Made by a program: the position numbers and the translations under genes. The notes under the pieces were generated by a model. That model worked only from the letters and a program-made list of their open reading frames with translations, made no database searches and was not told the origin of the DNA. Below, piece by piece: positions 39,135 through 48,364 of a stretch of DNA of 64,000 nt. This DNA comes from Candidatus Saccharimonadota bacterium (GTDB taxonomy: Bacteria > Patescibacteriota > Saccharimonadia > Saccharimonadales > Saccharimonadaceae), in contig JAFRCN010000002.1 of NCBI GenBank assembly GCA_017404335.1, positions 101,821 to 165,820 on the forward strand. The letters are read 5' to 3'. Positions within the stretch are counted from its first letter, which is position 1, and every line of letters begins with the position of its first letter.

Positions 39135-40585
39135 AAACTGCGAATAAAAAAGTTACCGCCGAGAGATTAGTGAGAGATGCTTTAGAAAAAGCGAAACATT
39201 TTTCTGATTATAATATTTTTACGTTTATAAATGAAGAAGGCGCGATTTTACGCGCGCGTGAAATCGACGCGAAGATTGCTAACGGTGAGAAAGTCGGGCG
39301 ACTCGCGGGAGTACCGTATGCCCTTAAAGATAATTTTCTTTCGCCTGATGGCGAAACGACGGCTTCGGCACATATTTTAGGTGGGTTTACCTCGCCGGTT
39401 ACGGCGACGGCGGTTGAGAAGTTAGAAGCTGAGGGAGCGATTATGATCGGGCGAACCAATTTGGACGCTTTTGCGCACGGATCGTCGACTGAGAATTCTT
39501 ACTATGGACCGACTTTGAACGCGTTTGACCGCAAGCGAGTGGCCGGAGGGTCGTCGGGTGGATCGGCGGTAGCGGTAGCGCTTGATATTGTTGAATTTAC
39601 GACTGGGACGGACACCGGTGGATCGATTCGTCAGCCGGCGTCGTTTAATGGAATTTATGGGTTTAAGCCGACTTATGGGACGATTAGTCGGTACGGCGTG
39701 GTCGCGATGGCGTCGTCGCTTGATTGTATCGGGTTCTTTACGAAAACGCCGGAAGATATGGATCTTCTTATGGAGATTACTGCCGGACGAGACCCGAAAG
39801 ATTTGACGACATTGCCCGATTACTACAATTCTATCGATAGGGATTCGCTAGGCGCGGCGTGTCCTTCGGACACGCTCCGGGCCGCTCTGGCCAAGTCTTC
39901 ATGTTCCGCAGAACACATCGCGCCTAGCGAATCCCATCGAATTGGAATTATCAAGGATTTCGATAATGAGTCGGTCGATAAGGAGATTCGAGATGCGCTC
40001 TTGAAGAAGTGTGAGATGCTGAAAGAGAAGGGATGTGAAATTGTTGAGCTTGAGATGCTGAGCCTCAAATATGCTTTGCCGGCGTATTACATTATTCAGC
40101 CGGCGGAGGTGGCGTCGAATTTATCGCGATACGACGGAGTGCGCTACGGATTTCGTTCGGAAAAGTCGGCGGATTTAGATTCTCTATATAATAATACGCG
40201 GAATGAAGGCTTTATGCCGGAAAACAAACGCCGGATTATGATTGGAAATTTCGTGTTGTCGTCTGGGTTTTACGATGCATATTTCTTAAAGGCGGCAAAA
40301 GCGCGGACTTTAATTATTCGTGAATATGAAAAGGCTTTTTCTAAATGTGATTTTATTCTAACGCCGGTTTCACCGAGCCCGGCTTTCCGACTCGGCGAAA
40401 AAGTTAACGACCCGGTCGCAATGTATCTTGAAGACGTCATGAGCGTGTCTCTAAATCTAGCTGGAATACCAGGACTTACAATCCCAGCGGGAAAGACTAC
40501 CGAAGGATTGCCGATTGGGTTGCAGCTAGTTGGTCCGAGGCGTAGCGATAAAAACCTAATAAAATTCAGTAAGGAGCTAATCTAA
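39131..40585 (+). CDS. gatA: Asp/Glu-tRNA amidotransferase subunit A, carrying a 32-aa in-frame insertion
   Basis: Amidase signature GGSSGGSAVAVA and TDTGGSIRQPA. The insertion is described separately. Confidence 0.93.
   Translation: MKTANKKVTAERLVRDALEKAKHFSDYNIFTFINEEGAILRAREIDAKIANGEKVGRLAGVPYALKDNFLSPDGETTASAHILGGFTSPVTATAVEKLEAEGAIMIGRTNLDAFAHGSSTENSYYGPTLNAFDRKRVAGGSSGGSAVAVALDIVEFTTGTDTGGSIRQPASFNGIYGFKPTYGTISRYGVVAMASSLDCIGFFTKTPEDMDLLMEITAGRDPKDLTTLPDYYNSIDRDSLGAACPSDTLRAALAKSSCSAEHIAPSESHRIGIIKDFDNESVDKEIRDALLKKCEMLKEKGCEIVELEMLSLKYALPAYYIIQPAEVASNLSRYDGVRYGFRSEKSADLDSLYNNTRNEGFMPENKRRIMIGNFVLSSGFYDAYFLKAAKARTLIIREYEKAFSKCDFILTPVSPSPAFRLGEKVNDPVAMYLEDVMSVSLNLAGIPGLTIPAGKTTEGLPIGLQLVGPRRSDKNLIKFSKELI
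39835..39939. repeat. GC-rich palindromic element inserted in frame in gatA
   Basis: 17-nt perfect inverted repeat: GGGATTCGCTAGGCGCG (39840-39856) with CGCGCCTAGCGAATCCC (39919-39935). Inner hairpin GCGTGTCC-TTCG-GGACACGC. Confidence 0.8.
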
Positions 40586-41004
40586 TGGATGGTGGAGTAG
40601 TAACTTTTATCTTTGCGATTTTAATCGTTGCGGTGTTGGTATTTGTGGCGATTTTACTAACCGGAAAGCGGGGATACCATTTTAACGTTGAAGCTTATCA
40701 ATCACGCTTTTTAGCGATTGAAAACAGATTAAAGCAAGATAATCCGGCGAGTTTTGTGACGACAATTATCGAAGGGGATAAATTACTTGATAAGGCGATG
40801 GTTGAGATGGGGATTTCCGGAAAGACAATGGGTGATAGATTAAAAAAGGCGAGTGGTCGGTTTACGAATTTAAATGCAGTTTGGCGCGCACATAAACTTC
40901 GTAATATGATTGCGCACGAGTCGGACGTCGAAATTAGCTACAAACAAGCGTTTAATGCGCTCGCGGTTTATAAACAAGCTTTGAAGGATTTAGGAGCAAT
41001 ATGA
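40585..41004 (+). CDS. membrane-anchored hypothetical protein with an HEPN-like RNxxxH motif
   Basis: TAATG overlap with gatA and ATGA overlap with gatB. N-terminal TM segment. AHKLRNMIAHE motif. Confidence 0.65.
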   Translation: MDGGVVTFIFAILIVAVLVFVAILLTGKRGYHFNVEAYQSRFLAIENRLKQDNPASFVTTIIEGDKLLDKAMVEMGISGKTMGDRLKKASGRFTNLNAVWRAHKLRNMIAHESDVEISYKQAFNALAVYKQALKDLGAI

Positions 41005-42413
41005 AATATACGCCAACGATTGGAATTGAATGCCATGTTCAACTTTGTACGAAAACGAAGTTGTTTTCGGAAGTCGATAACGACGCGAGGAGGAAGGAAC
41101 CAAATTCTTGCGTTTCGCCGGTCGACTATGCTTTGCCGGGGATGTTACCGAGGCTAAACGGTGAGGCGGTCCGCTTCGCGATTCGGGCGGGTCGAGCAAT
41201 GAACTGCGAAATTAATGCGTATTCACGATTTGACCGGAAACATTATTTCTACCCGGATTCGCCGAAGGGTTATCAGATTACGCAGTTTTACCACCCAATT
41301 ATTGGCGCGGGATACGTAGAGCTACCGTCGGGTACCAAAATTCGGATTGAGCACGCGCATCTCGAAGGAGACGCGGGGAAGTTGACGCATTTTTCGGATT
41401 ACTCGCTGGTTGATCTAAACCGAGTCGATACGCCTTTGATTGAGATTGTCTCAATGCCAGATATCCATAGCGCTAAAGACGCTCACGATTACTGTAAAGA
41501 GCTTTGGCGGTTGATGTGCTTCGCGGAAGTGACCTACGGAGATCTATATAACGGAAATATGCGGTTCGATGTCAACGTTTCGTTGGCGCCGGAAGGTTCC
41601 GATAAATTGGGAACGCGAGCGGAAGTGAAGAATCTGAATTCGTTTAAGAGCGTTGAGCGGGCGGTCGAATATGAAATTTCAAGGCAGAAGAAAATTCTCG
41701 AAGCTGGTGAAAAGGTTATCCAGGAAACGCGTGGGTGGAATGATGCGACCGGGAAAACGACCGGACAACGTTCAAAGGAAGAGGCGAAAGATTATCGTTA
41801 TATGCCGGAGCCGGATTTGCCACCGATTAATCTGTCGGAAGAGTTTATTGAGACCGAGTCGAAGAAGTTGCCGCTAATGCCGAAAGATTACCGCGAGAAA
41901 TTCGCTGGAATTATTCCAAATGATATTCTAGAAATTTTATTAGATTATCATGAATTAATGAAAAAACTAAATGAAATTGATAATAAATATGTAAAGATTA
42001 TTTCTAACTTATTCGCTTCGGTGCTGCTCGCGGAAGAGAAGTCGGCGGAGTACTTAAATGACTTACCGAGCGCGAAGGACTTAATTGAACTTGCGGAGAT
42101 GAATGAGAAAAAGGAGCTGTCTTCGACGGCGACGAAAGAAGTGTTTTTGCGATTATTTGACCCGCAAATGAAAGGACGAGGGGCGAAGACGATCGCGAAG
42201 GAACTCGGTTTAATTCAGGAAAATGACCTAGGGGCGCTCGAAGCGATAGTCGACGCCGTTTTAGCAAAACCGGAAACGAAAAAGGCTCAGGAAGACTTCA
42301 AGGCAGGCCAGGAAAAAGTGATTGGGTTTTTGGTCGGACAAGTAATGAAAGAGTCAAGAGGCAAAGCCAACCCGTCTGCAGTGCAAGAAATTTTGCGAAA
42401 AAAACTTGCTTAA
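41001..42413 (+). CDS. gatB: Asp/Glu-tRNA amidotransferase subunit B
   Basis: IGIECHVQL, HLEGDAGK, and a GatB/YqeY C-terminus. Confidence 0.94.
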   Translation: MKYTPTIGIECHVQLCTKTKLFSEVDNDARRKEPNSCVSPVDYALPGMLPRLNGEAVRFAIRAGRAMNCEINAYSRFDRKHYFYPDSPKGYQITQFYHPIIGAGYVELPSGTKIRIEHAHLEGDAGKLTHFSDYSLVDLNRVDTPLIEIVSMPDIHSAKDAHDYCKELWRLMCFAEVTYGDLYNGNMRFDVNVSLAPEGSDKLGTRAEVKNLNSFKSVERAVEYEISRQKKILEAGEKVIQETRGWNDATGKTTGQRSKEEAKDYRYMPEPDLPPINLSEEFIETESKKLPLMPKDYREKFAGIIPNDILEILLDYHELMKKLNEIDNKYVKIISNLFASVLLAEEKSAEYLNDLPSAKDLIELAEMNEKKELSSTATKEVFLRLFDPQMKGRGAKTIAKELGLIQENDLGALEAIVDAVLAKPETKKAQEDFKAGQEKVIGFLVGQVMKESRGKANPSAVQEILRKKLA

Positions 42414-42427
42414 GCTTGCATTTTTGG

Positions 42428-42925
42428 AACGAAAGGAGTAATATATAATTCACGCGGGTAAAGTTTTTGACTAACCCGACGTAATTTAAGAGGAAAGGAG
42501 ATGGCTTTCGTGCGGGATGAGTTCCTGCGGCAAACGCTTTGTCCAGCGTATGTGTCGTTTGTTCTCTATCTCGGGAAAAAGGCGGAGCATTCTGATCGAC
42601 CGGGTAGGTTAATCCTCACGGACGGTTCGACCCGCCAGTTTTTCCCATGGCACCCCAAGCGACGGCGGGGGTACCTACGGTCCAGTCTGTATGTCGAAAC
42701 CCGGCCTACATGACTAGGAAGATACTAGGTACCCCCGCTAGTTATTTCGCCCTTCGGGCAAAGGGCAAGCAGAAAGCATATCGGGAGCACACAACGAATA
42801 CTGGCGGTCGGAGAGCCCAAAATGAGTGGCGGCCGACTTGAGGGTAGACCGCTAGGGCGGCTCCTCACCATCATTCGCGACGCAGACAAAACCATCGTTT
42901 CCAGTACTTTTCTACCATTCCCATG
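42428..42925 (+). ncRNA. rnpB: probable RNase P RNA (bacterial type), unusually long; ends approximate
   Basis: Four elements occur in the expected order. GAGGAAAG lies at 42489-42496 (CR-I-like). GGGCAAAGGGCAAGC lies near 42755. GGAGAGCCCAAAAUGAG lies near 42809. GCAGACAAAACCAUCGUUU lies at 42881-42899 (CR-V-like) and can pair with AAAGGAGAUGG as P4. Overlapping ORFs look non-coding. Confidence 0.55.
42664..42737. repeat. 74-nt hairpin with a 13-bp perfect stem inside the RNase P RNA region
   Basis: GCGGGGGTACCTA (42664-42676) pairs with TAGGTACCCCCGC (42725-42737). Confidence 0.75.
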
Positions 42926-42938
42926 GGTCAAAGACCCG

Positions 42939-42963
42939 GCCCCGGCCAAGTGCCGGGGTTTTT
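42939..42963 (+). terminator. rho-independent terminator
   Basis: CCCCGGC-caagt-GCCGGGG followed by TTTTT. Confidence 0.75.
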
Positions 42964-43067
42964 CTTTAAAATCTTTCGAAAAAAGAAAAAGTATGATAAA
43001 ATGGAGAAAATGCGTCTTTTTGAGTGTGGAACTCTTGGACAAAAATAATTAAGTAATAAAGGAGCAT

Positions 43068-45164
43068 ATGGCTGAAGTTAAGGATTTGGCTAAGCTGCGA
43101 AATATCGGGATTATCGCCCATATCGACGCAGGAAAAACTACAACCTCGGAAGCGATTCTTTACCGCACGGGGTTAAAACATAAAATCGACCTAGTAAAAG
43201 GCGGGACCGGTGGTGCGGATACCGACTGGATGGAACAGGAAAAGGAACGCGGAATTACGATTACTTCGGCCGCGGTGACGGTTTATTGGAAAAATCATCA
43301 AATCAACATTATCGATACCCCGGGTCACATCGACTTTACGGCGGAAGTCGAGCGATCTTTGCGGGTTCTCGACGGTGCAGTTGTAGTGTTCGATGGTAAA
43401 ATGGGGGTCGAGGCGCAGTCTGAGACGGTCTGGCGCCAAGCGACTAAATACGGGATTCCACGCATTTGCTTCGTAAATAAGATTAACCAAATCGGTGGCG
43501 ATTTCTATAAGTCGCTTGACTCGATTCATAAGCGTTTGTCGAAAAATGCCGTCGCAATTCATCTCCCGATTGGTTTCGAGAAAGATATTTGTGGCGTCGT
43601 AGATTTAATTGATATGAAGGCTTATACCTATAAAGATTATGCGGACCACGAGCTCACCGTCGGCGAGATTCCGGCCGATATGGTCGAAAAGGCAAAAAAT
43701 GCGCGCTCGATGTTGGTCGAGGAAGCGGTCCAAGCCGACGAAGCTTTAATGGAAAAATACTTCAACCAAGGTGAAGAAGCAATTTCGGAAGTCGAGCTAA
43801 AGGCGGCTCTAAGAAAGCGCGTGCTTGATGGCGATTTCTTCCTAGTCACCGGTGGGGACGGACGAGGCGTAATCGTCGAGAAGGTGCTTGATCTCATGAC
43901 GGATTATCTCCCGTCGCCGCTTGATCGCGACCAGGGTCAAACCGTTGGGACCGACCCGAAGTCTGGCGAACAAATTGTAAGAAAAGCTGACGACAACGAA
44001 CCTTTAACGGCTCTCGCGTTTAAGATTGCAACTGATCCGTTCGTTGGTAAGTTGATCTTTATTCGGGTTTACGCGGGTAAATTAAAGTCCGGAGATACGG
44101 TATTAAACGCTTCGACTGGCGATAAGGAAAGAATTGGACGGTTAGTCCGAATGCACGCGAACGACCGAAAGGAGATTTCCGAAATCGGAGCGGGCGATAT
44201 CGCGGCGGTAGTCGGGCTTAAGAACTGTACAACCGGTACGACAATTTGTAACCCAGCGCATCCGATTTTGCTCGAGTCGATTGAATTCCCGGATCCTCCG
44301 GTATCGATTGCGGTCGAACCAAAAACTAAGGCCGACCAAGAGAAAATGGGCATCGGTCTATCGAAACTTGCTGAGGAAGATCCGACTTTCCGCGTCCACA
44401 CTGATGAGGAAACTGGCCAGACGATTATTTCGGGGATGGGCGAGCTACACCTAGAGATTATTATTGACCGTTTGAAGCGCGAACACAACGTCGAAGCCAA
44501 CACTGGCGCACCGCAAGTGGCCTACCGTGAAACGATTCGAGGTACGGCTGAAGCGCAAGGTAAGCACATTAAACAGTCTGGTGGTCGTGGTCAGTATGGT
44601 GACGTTTGGATTAAGTTTGAGCCGAACGAACCGGGTAAAGGCTTCGAGTTTATCGACCAGATTAAAGGTGGCGTGGTTCCGCAGGAATACCGCAAGCCGG
44701 TTCAGAAGGGTATCGAGGATACACTCGCGGGTGGTGTTATTGCTGGCTACCCGGTAGTAGACGTCAAGGCGACCTTGTACGACGGTTCATATCACGATGT
44801 TGACTCTTCGGAGCTAGCCTTCACGCTCGCTGGTGCTTTAGCTACACGCGAAGGCATCAAGAAGGCAAATCCGGTCTTACTTGAACCGGTGATGAAGATG
44901 GAGATTACGACGCCGGAAGAATTCATGGGTGACGTTATTGGCGACATTAACTCCAGGCGCGGTCGAATCGACGAAATGGAAGATTTGAACGGCGGTGCGA
45001 AGTTAATCAAGGCGTTTTGTCCTCTCGCTAACCTATTCGGTTATACTGGCGACCTTCGCGGTATGACCCAAGGTCGAGCGGCTTCTTCGATGGAGCTCTT
45101 CGCCTACGAGGAAGTACCGCCGAACGTAGCGCAAGAAATTATCGAATCGAGAAACTCGAAATAA
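43068..45164 (+). CDS. fusA: elongation factor G
   Basis: AHIDAGKTT, DTPGHIDF, and the full five-domain length (698 aa). Confidence 0.96.
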   Translation: MAEVKDLAKLRNIGIIAHIDAGKTTTSEAILYRTGLKHKIDLVKGGTGGADTDWMEQEKERGITITSAAVTVYWKNHQINIIDTPGHIDFTAEVERSLRVLDGAVVVFDGKMGVEAQSETVWRQATKYGIPRICFVNKINQIGGDFYKSLDSIHKRLSKNAVAIHLPIGFEKDICGVVDLIDMKAYTYKDYADHELTVGEIPADMVEKAKNARSMLVEEAVQADEALMEKYFNQGEEAISEVELKAALRKRVLDGDFFLVTGGDGRGVIVEKVLDLMTDYLPSPLDRDQGQTVGTDPKSGEQIVRKADDNEPLTALAFKIATDPFVGKLIFIRVYAGKLKSGDTVLNASTGDKERIGRLVRMHANDRKEISEIGAGDIAAVVGLKNCTTGTTICNPAHPILLESIEFPDPPVSIAVEPKTKADQEKMGIGLSKLAEEDPTFRVHTDEETGQTIISGMGELHLEIIIDRLKREHNVEANTGAPQVAYRETIRGTAEAQGKHIKQSGGRGQYGDVWIKFEPNEPGKGFEFIDQIKGGVVPQEYRKPVQKGIEDTLAGGVIAGYPVVDVKATLYDGSYHDVDSSELAFTLAGALATREGIKKANPVLLEPVMKMEITTPEEFMGDVIGDINSRRGRIDEMEDLNGGAKLIKAFCPLANLFGYTGDLRGMTQGRAASSMELFAYEEVPPNVAQEIIESRNSK

Positions 45165-45167
45165 AAA

Positions 45168-45195
45168 GAGGACCGGGAAACCGGTCTATCTTTTT
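45168..45195 (+). terminator. terminator after fusA
   Basis: GACCGG-gaaa-CCGGTC followed by a T-rich tract. Confidence 0.6.
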
Positions 45196-45240
45196 ATTAT
45201 AGCATACTTCGCTATAAAAGTCAAGTTTTCAGAAAACCCC

Positions 45241-45269
45241 TTTACAAGTTGGAGAAAATAAGCTAGAAT
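45241..45269 (+). promoter_or_regulatory. tuf promoter
   Basis: TTTACA, 17-nt spacer, TAGAAT. The leader carries a TTGGAGC...GCTCCAA hairpin and an AAGGAG RBS. Confidence 0.45.
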
Positions 45270-45336
45270 AATAAGGTAGAGTTTTGGAGCTGGTTTTTAT
45301 TAGCGCTCCAAACATAATAATAAAAAAGGAGATTGA

Positions 45337-46521
45337 ATGGCAAATTTTGACCGTTCCAAGCCGCACATCAACGTCGGCACCATGGGTCACGTCGACCATG
45401 GTAAAACCACTTTAACCGCTGCTATTACGACTGTCCTTTCGAAGAGATTGCCTTCGGAAGTCAACAAGCCGGTAGCTTACGACCAAATCGATAACGCGCC
45501 TGAAGAGAAGGCTCGTGGTATTACTATCGCGACTTCGCACCAGGAATACGAATCTGAGAAGCGCCACTATGCGCACGTCGATATGCCGGGGCACGCAGAT
45601 TACATTAAGAACATGATTACCGGGGCCGCGCAGGTCGATGGGGCAATCCTCGTCGTAGCTGCGAACGATGGACCGCTTCCGCAGACTCGCGAGCACGTCC
45701 TTCTCGCTCACCAGGTAAACGTTCCGAAAATCATCGTATTTTTGAACAAGATGGACCTCGCGGATCCAGAACTCGTCGAACTCGTCGAGATGGATGTTCG
45801 CGAACTTCTCAACAAATACGGTTTCGATGGCGACAACGCGCCGATTATCAAGGGCTCTGCTACTAAGGCTCTTGAGGGCGACAAAGAAAACGAAGACGCT
45901 ATCATGGAACTCGTTCACGCGATGGATGAATACTTTGATATCCCTGAACACGATCTTGATAAACCGTTCCTCATGCCGATCGAGGATGTCTTCTCGATTA
46001 AGGGTCGTGGTACGGTTGCCACTGGTCGTATCGAGCAGGGTGTTGTTAAATTGAATGACGAAGTTGAAATCGTCGGTCTACGCGACACTCAGAAGTCGGT
46101 TGTGACCGGTATCGAGGCCTTCCACAAGACTCTCGATCAGGGTCAAGCTGGCGATAACGCTGGGCTTCTTCTCCGTGGTATCGAGCGCGATCAAATCGAG
46201 CGTGGTCAAGTTATTGCGAAGCCGGGTTCGATTACTCCGCATACTGAATTTGAGGCGCAAGTTTATATCCTTAAGAAAGAGGAAGGTGGACGCCACACTC
46301 CGTTCTCCAAGGGTTACAAGCCGCAATTCTACTTCCGTACTACGGATGTTACCGGTGAGGTTGAGCTCCCGGCTGACAAGGAAATTGTCATGCCTGGCGA
46401 TCAGGTAACATTTAACGTTAAGCTTCTCGCGCCGGTCGCGATGAACAACAATGACCGCTTCGCTATCCGCGAAGGTGGCAAGACCGTTGGGTCTGGTGTG
46501 ATCACCAAGGTTATCAAATAG
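45337..46521 (+). CDS. tuf: elongation factor Tu
   Basis: [23 protein letters not shown] and NKMD motifs. 394 aa. Confidence 0.98.
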   Translation: MANFDRSKPHINVGTMGHVDHGKTTLTAAITTVLSKRLPSEVNKPVAYDQIDNAPEEKARGITIATSHQEYESEKRHYAHVDMPGHADYIKNMITGAAQVDGAILVVAANDGPLPQTREHVLLAHQVNVPKIIVFLNKMDLADPELVELVEMDVRELLNKYGFDGDNAPIIKGSATKALEGDKENEDAIMELVHAMDEYFDIPEHDLDKPFLMPIEDVFSIKGRGTVATGRIEQGVVKLNDEVEIVGLRDTQKSVVTGIEAFHKTLDQGQAGDNAGLLLRGIERDQIERGQVIAKPGSITPHTEFEAQVYILKKEEGGRHTPFSKGYKPQFYFRTTDVTGEVELPADKEIVMPGDQVTFNVKLLAPVAMNNNDRFAIREGGKTVGSGVITKVIK

Positions 46522-46536
46522 TTAGCCTTAGCTAGA

Positions 46537-46566
46537 AAATCTCCCCTTTACTGGGGAGATTTTTTG
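46537..46566 (+). terminator. terminator after tuf, overlapping the rpsJ promoter
   Basis: ATCTCCCC-tttact-GGGGAGAT followed by TTTTT, running into TGTGGTATAAT. Confidence 0.7.
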
Positions 46567-46652
46567 TGGTATAATAGGGGAGTAGCAATATTAATTATCA
46601 AGCTCGAAAAACTCGTGTCTTTGGAGGTTATCGAGCAAAGAAAGGATACACT

Positions 46653-46979
46653 ATGGCAGATGCCAAAAAAGATGAAGGATTAAAGATCCGGATTCGTCTA
46701 AAAGCGTATGATCACCGCGTAATTGATCAGAGTGCGCGCCAAATTGTCGATACGGCAATTCGAACGGGCGCGAGCGTATCGGGTCCAATCCCGCTACCAA
46801 CCAAGCGTTCGACCTTTACCGTCGTAAAGTCGCCGCACGTCTATAAGACTGGCGGGGAAGCGTTCGAAATGAAAGTTCACAAGCGCTTAATCGACATCCT
46901 CAACGCGACACCGAAGACGATTGAGAGCCTACAGAATCTCGCATTGCCAGCAGGCGTAGATGCCGAAATCAAAATGTAA
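46653..46979 (+). CDS. rpsJ: 30S ribosomal protein S10
   Basis: [17 protein letters not shown]... is classic S10. A terminator follows rather than rplC. Confidence 0.96.
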   Translation: MADAKKDEGLKIRIRLKAYDHRVIDQSARQIVDTAIRTGASVSGPIPLPTKRSTFTVVKSPHVYKTGGEAFEMKVHKRLIDILNATPKTIESLQNLALPAGVDAEIKM

Positions 46980-46993
46980 ATTCTTAAGAATTG

Positions 46994-47023
46994 AAAAAAC
47001 TCCCGAGGAATCGGGAGTTTTTA
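46994..47023. terminator. bidirectional terminator
   Basis: AAAAACTCCCGA-ggaa-TCGGGAGTTTTT. Confidence 0.75.
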
Positions 47024-47049
47024 AGGTGCGTTCTAAGGGTTTTAGCGTC

Positions 47050-48249
47050 TTAACGGCGCTTCTGTTGGGAAACGACGGCGACGAGGCGCCCGTCGGGCTC
47101 CTTCGTGACGTAAGTCGCGTAGTTCTCGACGCCGACAAAGCCGGCAATCAGGTCGTCGGAAATGTTGGAGCAGAGCACGGTGTTATTCCTGGCGCCAAAG
47201 CTGAAATCTTCCGAAAGAAAATCGTCGTGTTTGAGAAAATCTTCGGCAAGAGTTTTGACATGCTGGCTTTCATCTAAACGGGCTACAATGATCGCCGGAC
47301 GATCTTTAATAATCGTAAAGATGATTGCGTCATCTCTAGCTCCAGCTACACGAAGCTCCATTCCTGGTTCGGCGTAGAGCAGGCTGCGACGGCAATCGAT
47401 ACGCTCGAACGTGCCACCGCCGAGACTGGCATTCTTGTGGTTGGGGGACTTTTTCGAGATTTCGTAGAAACTCTTTAAAGTTCCGCAGTCGTGCCAGGGG
47501 AATCTGCCGACGGCAACTTTCAAACCAATTAGCTTCTTCATTAAAGCATCAGTTGCGAGGCCGTTTCGCCCGATTCTCTTGCTATTTAGCTCATCCGCCA
47601 TGTAATCCGCGCGCCAAACTAGAATGCCGGTGTTGCAGACAGAGTTATCGCTACGCATAAGACGATCAGCGTGATCTCTTGAGGGTTTCTCGATGAAACC
47701 CGAAACGGGAAAGCATCCGTCTTGGTCTGGCCTAGAATTGTCATAGGTTGCGTGCCCGCACCCCATGGCGGTCACGAGGTCGCCAATTTTAACTCCAAGC
47801 AAGGCAGCACCGTTATGTTCAGCGACGGATACCGCGTTATTAATTGATTCCTTGAAGCTCTCGTTGGCTACGATGTACTGGTCGCTAGGAGTGTTGATGA
47901 TGGTAGCATCCTTGTCGATCGCACGAATCATCTCCTTGGCTTTCACCATTGAGCCGGCATAGTCCAAGTGTGGGCTAAACTCTAAAATGTTTTGAGATAG
48001 CACCCCCATAGGGACGGTCTGTTCGCGAGCGAGTTCTGATTGCGTCTGGTTTGTCGTTACAATCATGATACGATTCGGTTCAACTTCTAAGTCATTCAAA
48101 CGAGAAACCGTCGCCTGGATGAAAGTATCCTTGTCATTCAGACGGCAGAATTGCTTCGGTCGGTCTGGAGTGCTAATGCCAAACAGGCGATAACCGCTTC
48201 CACCGGCAATAATAACTCCGCGACGCTTCTTGTGTCGTGACTGGTCCAA
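47050..48249 (-). CDS. sugar-phosphate nucleotidyltransferase (mannose-1-phosphate guanylyltransferase-like)
   Basis: TTG start 6 nt after AAGGAGGG. The N-terminus GVIIAGGSGYRL...RPKQF is typical of the family. Confidence 0.7.
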   Translation of the reverse strand: MDQSRHKKRRGVIIAGGSGYRLFGISTPDRPKQFCRLNDKDTFIQATVSRLNDLEVEPNRIMIVTTNQTQSELAREQTVPMGVLSQNILEFSPHLDYAGSMVKAKEMIRAIDKDATIINTPSDQYIVANESFKESINNAVSVAEHNGAALLGVKIGDLVTAMGCGHATYDNSRPDQDGCFPVSGFIEKPSRDHADRLMRSDNSVCNTGILVWRADYMADELNSKRIGRNGLATDALMKKLIGLKVAVGRFPWHDCGTLKSFYEISKKSPNHKNASLGGGTFERIDCRRSLLYAEPGMELRVAGARDDAIIFTIIKDRPAIIVARLDESQHVKTLAEDFLKHDDFLSEDFSFGARNNTVLCSNISDDLIAGFVGVENYATYVTKEPDGRLVAVVSQQKRR

Positions 48250-48314
48250 ATTAATCCCTCCTTAGAAAATCTGTAAAAGTGCAAAATGGGCCCGAAAATA
48301 GGTCCATCTTTATA

Positions 48315-48343
48315 ATTATAGCACAGATTATGTTTTTTGTCAA
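48315..48343 (-). promoter_or_regulatory. consensus promoter for the nucleotidyltransferase gene
   Basis: On the minus strand: TTGACA (48338-48343), 17-nt spacer, TGTGCTATAAT (-10 at 48315-48320). Confidence 0.55.
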
Positions 48344-48364
48344 CTTATGCTATAATAGAACGGT

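Noticed and set aside
42501-43052. Four 64-105-aa ORFs in the gatB-fusA gap (both strands)
   Set aside because: They overlap each other and give Arg/Pro/Gly-rich translations. They coincide with strong RNA secondary structure and RNase P-like motifs, so I treat them as non-coding.
45196-45205. Minus-strand ATGCTATAAT promoter-like box just after fusA
   Set aside because: It would fire antisense straight into the fusA terminator with no ORF or structured RNA downstream. It is probably a fortuitous AT-rich match. RNA-seq could revisit this.
45412-45951. 179-aa ORF on the minus strand
   Set aside because: It lies antisense inside tuf and is a typical shadow ORF.
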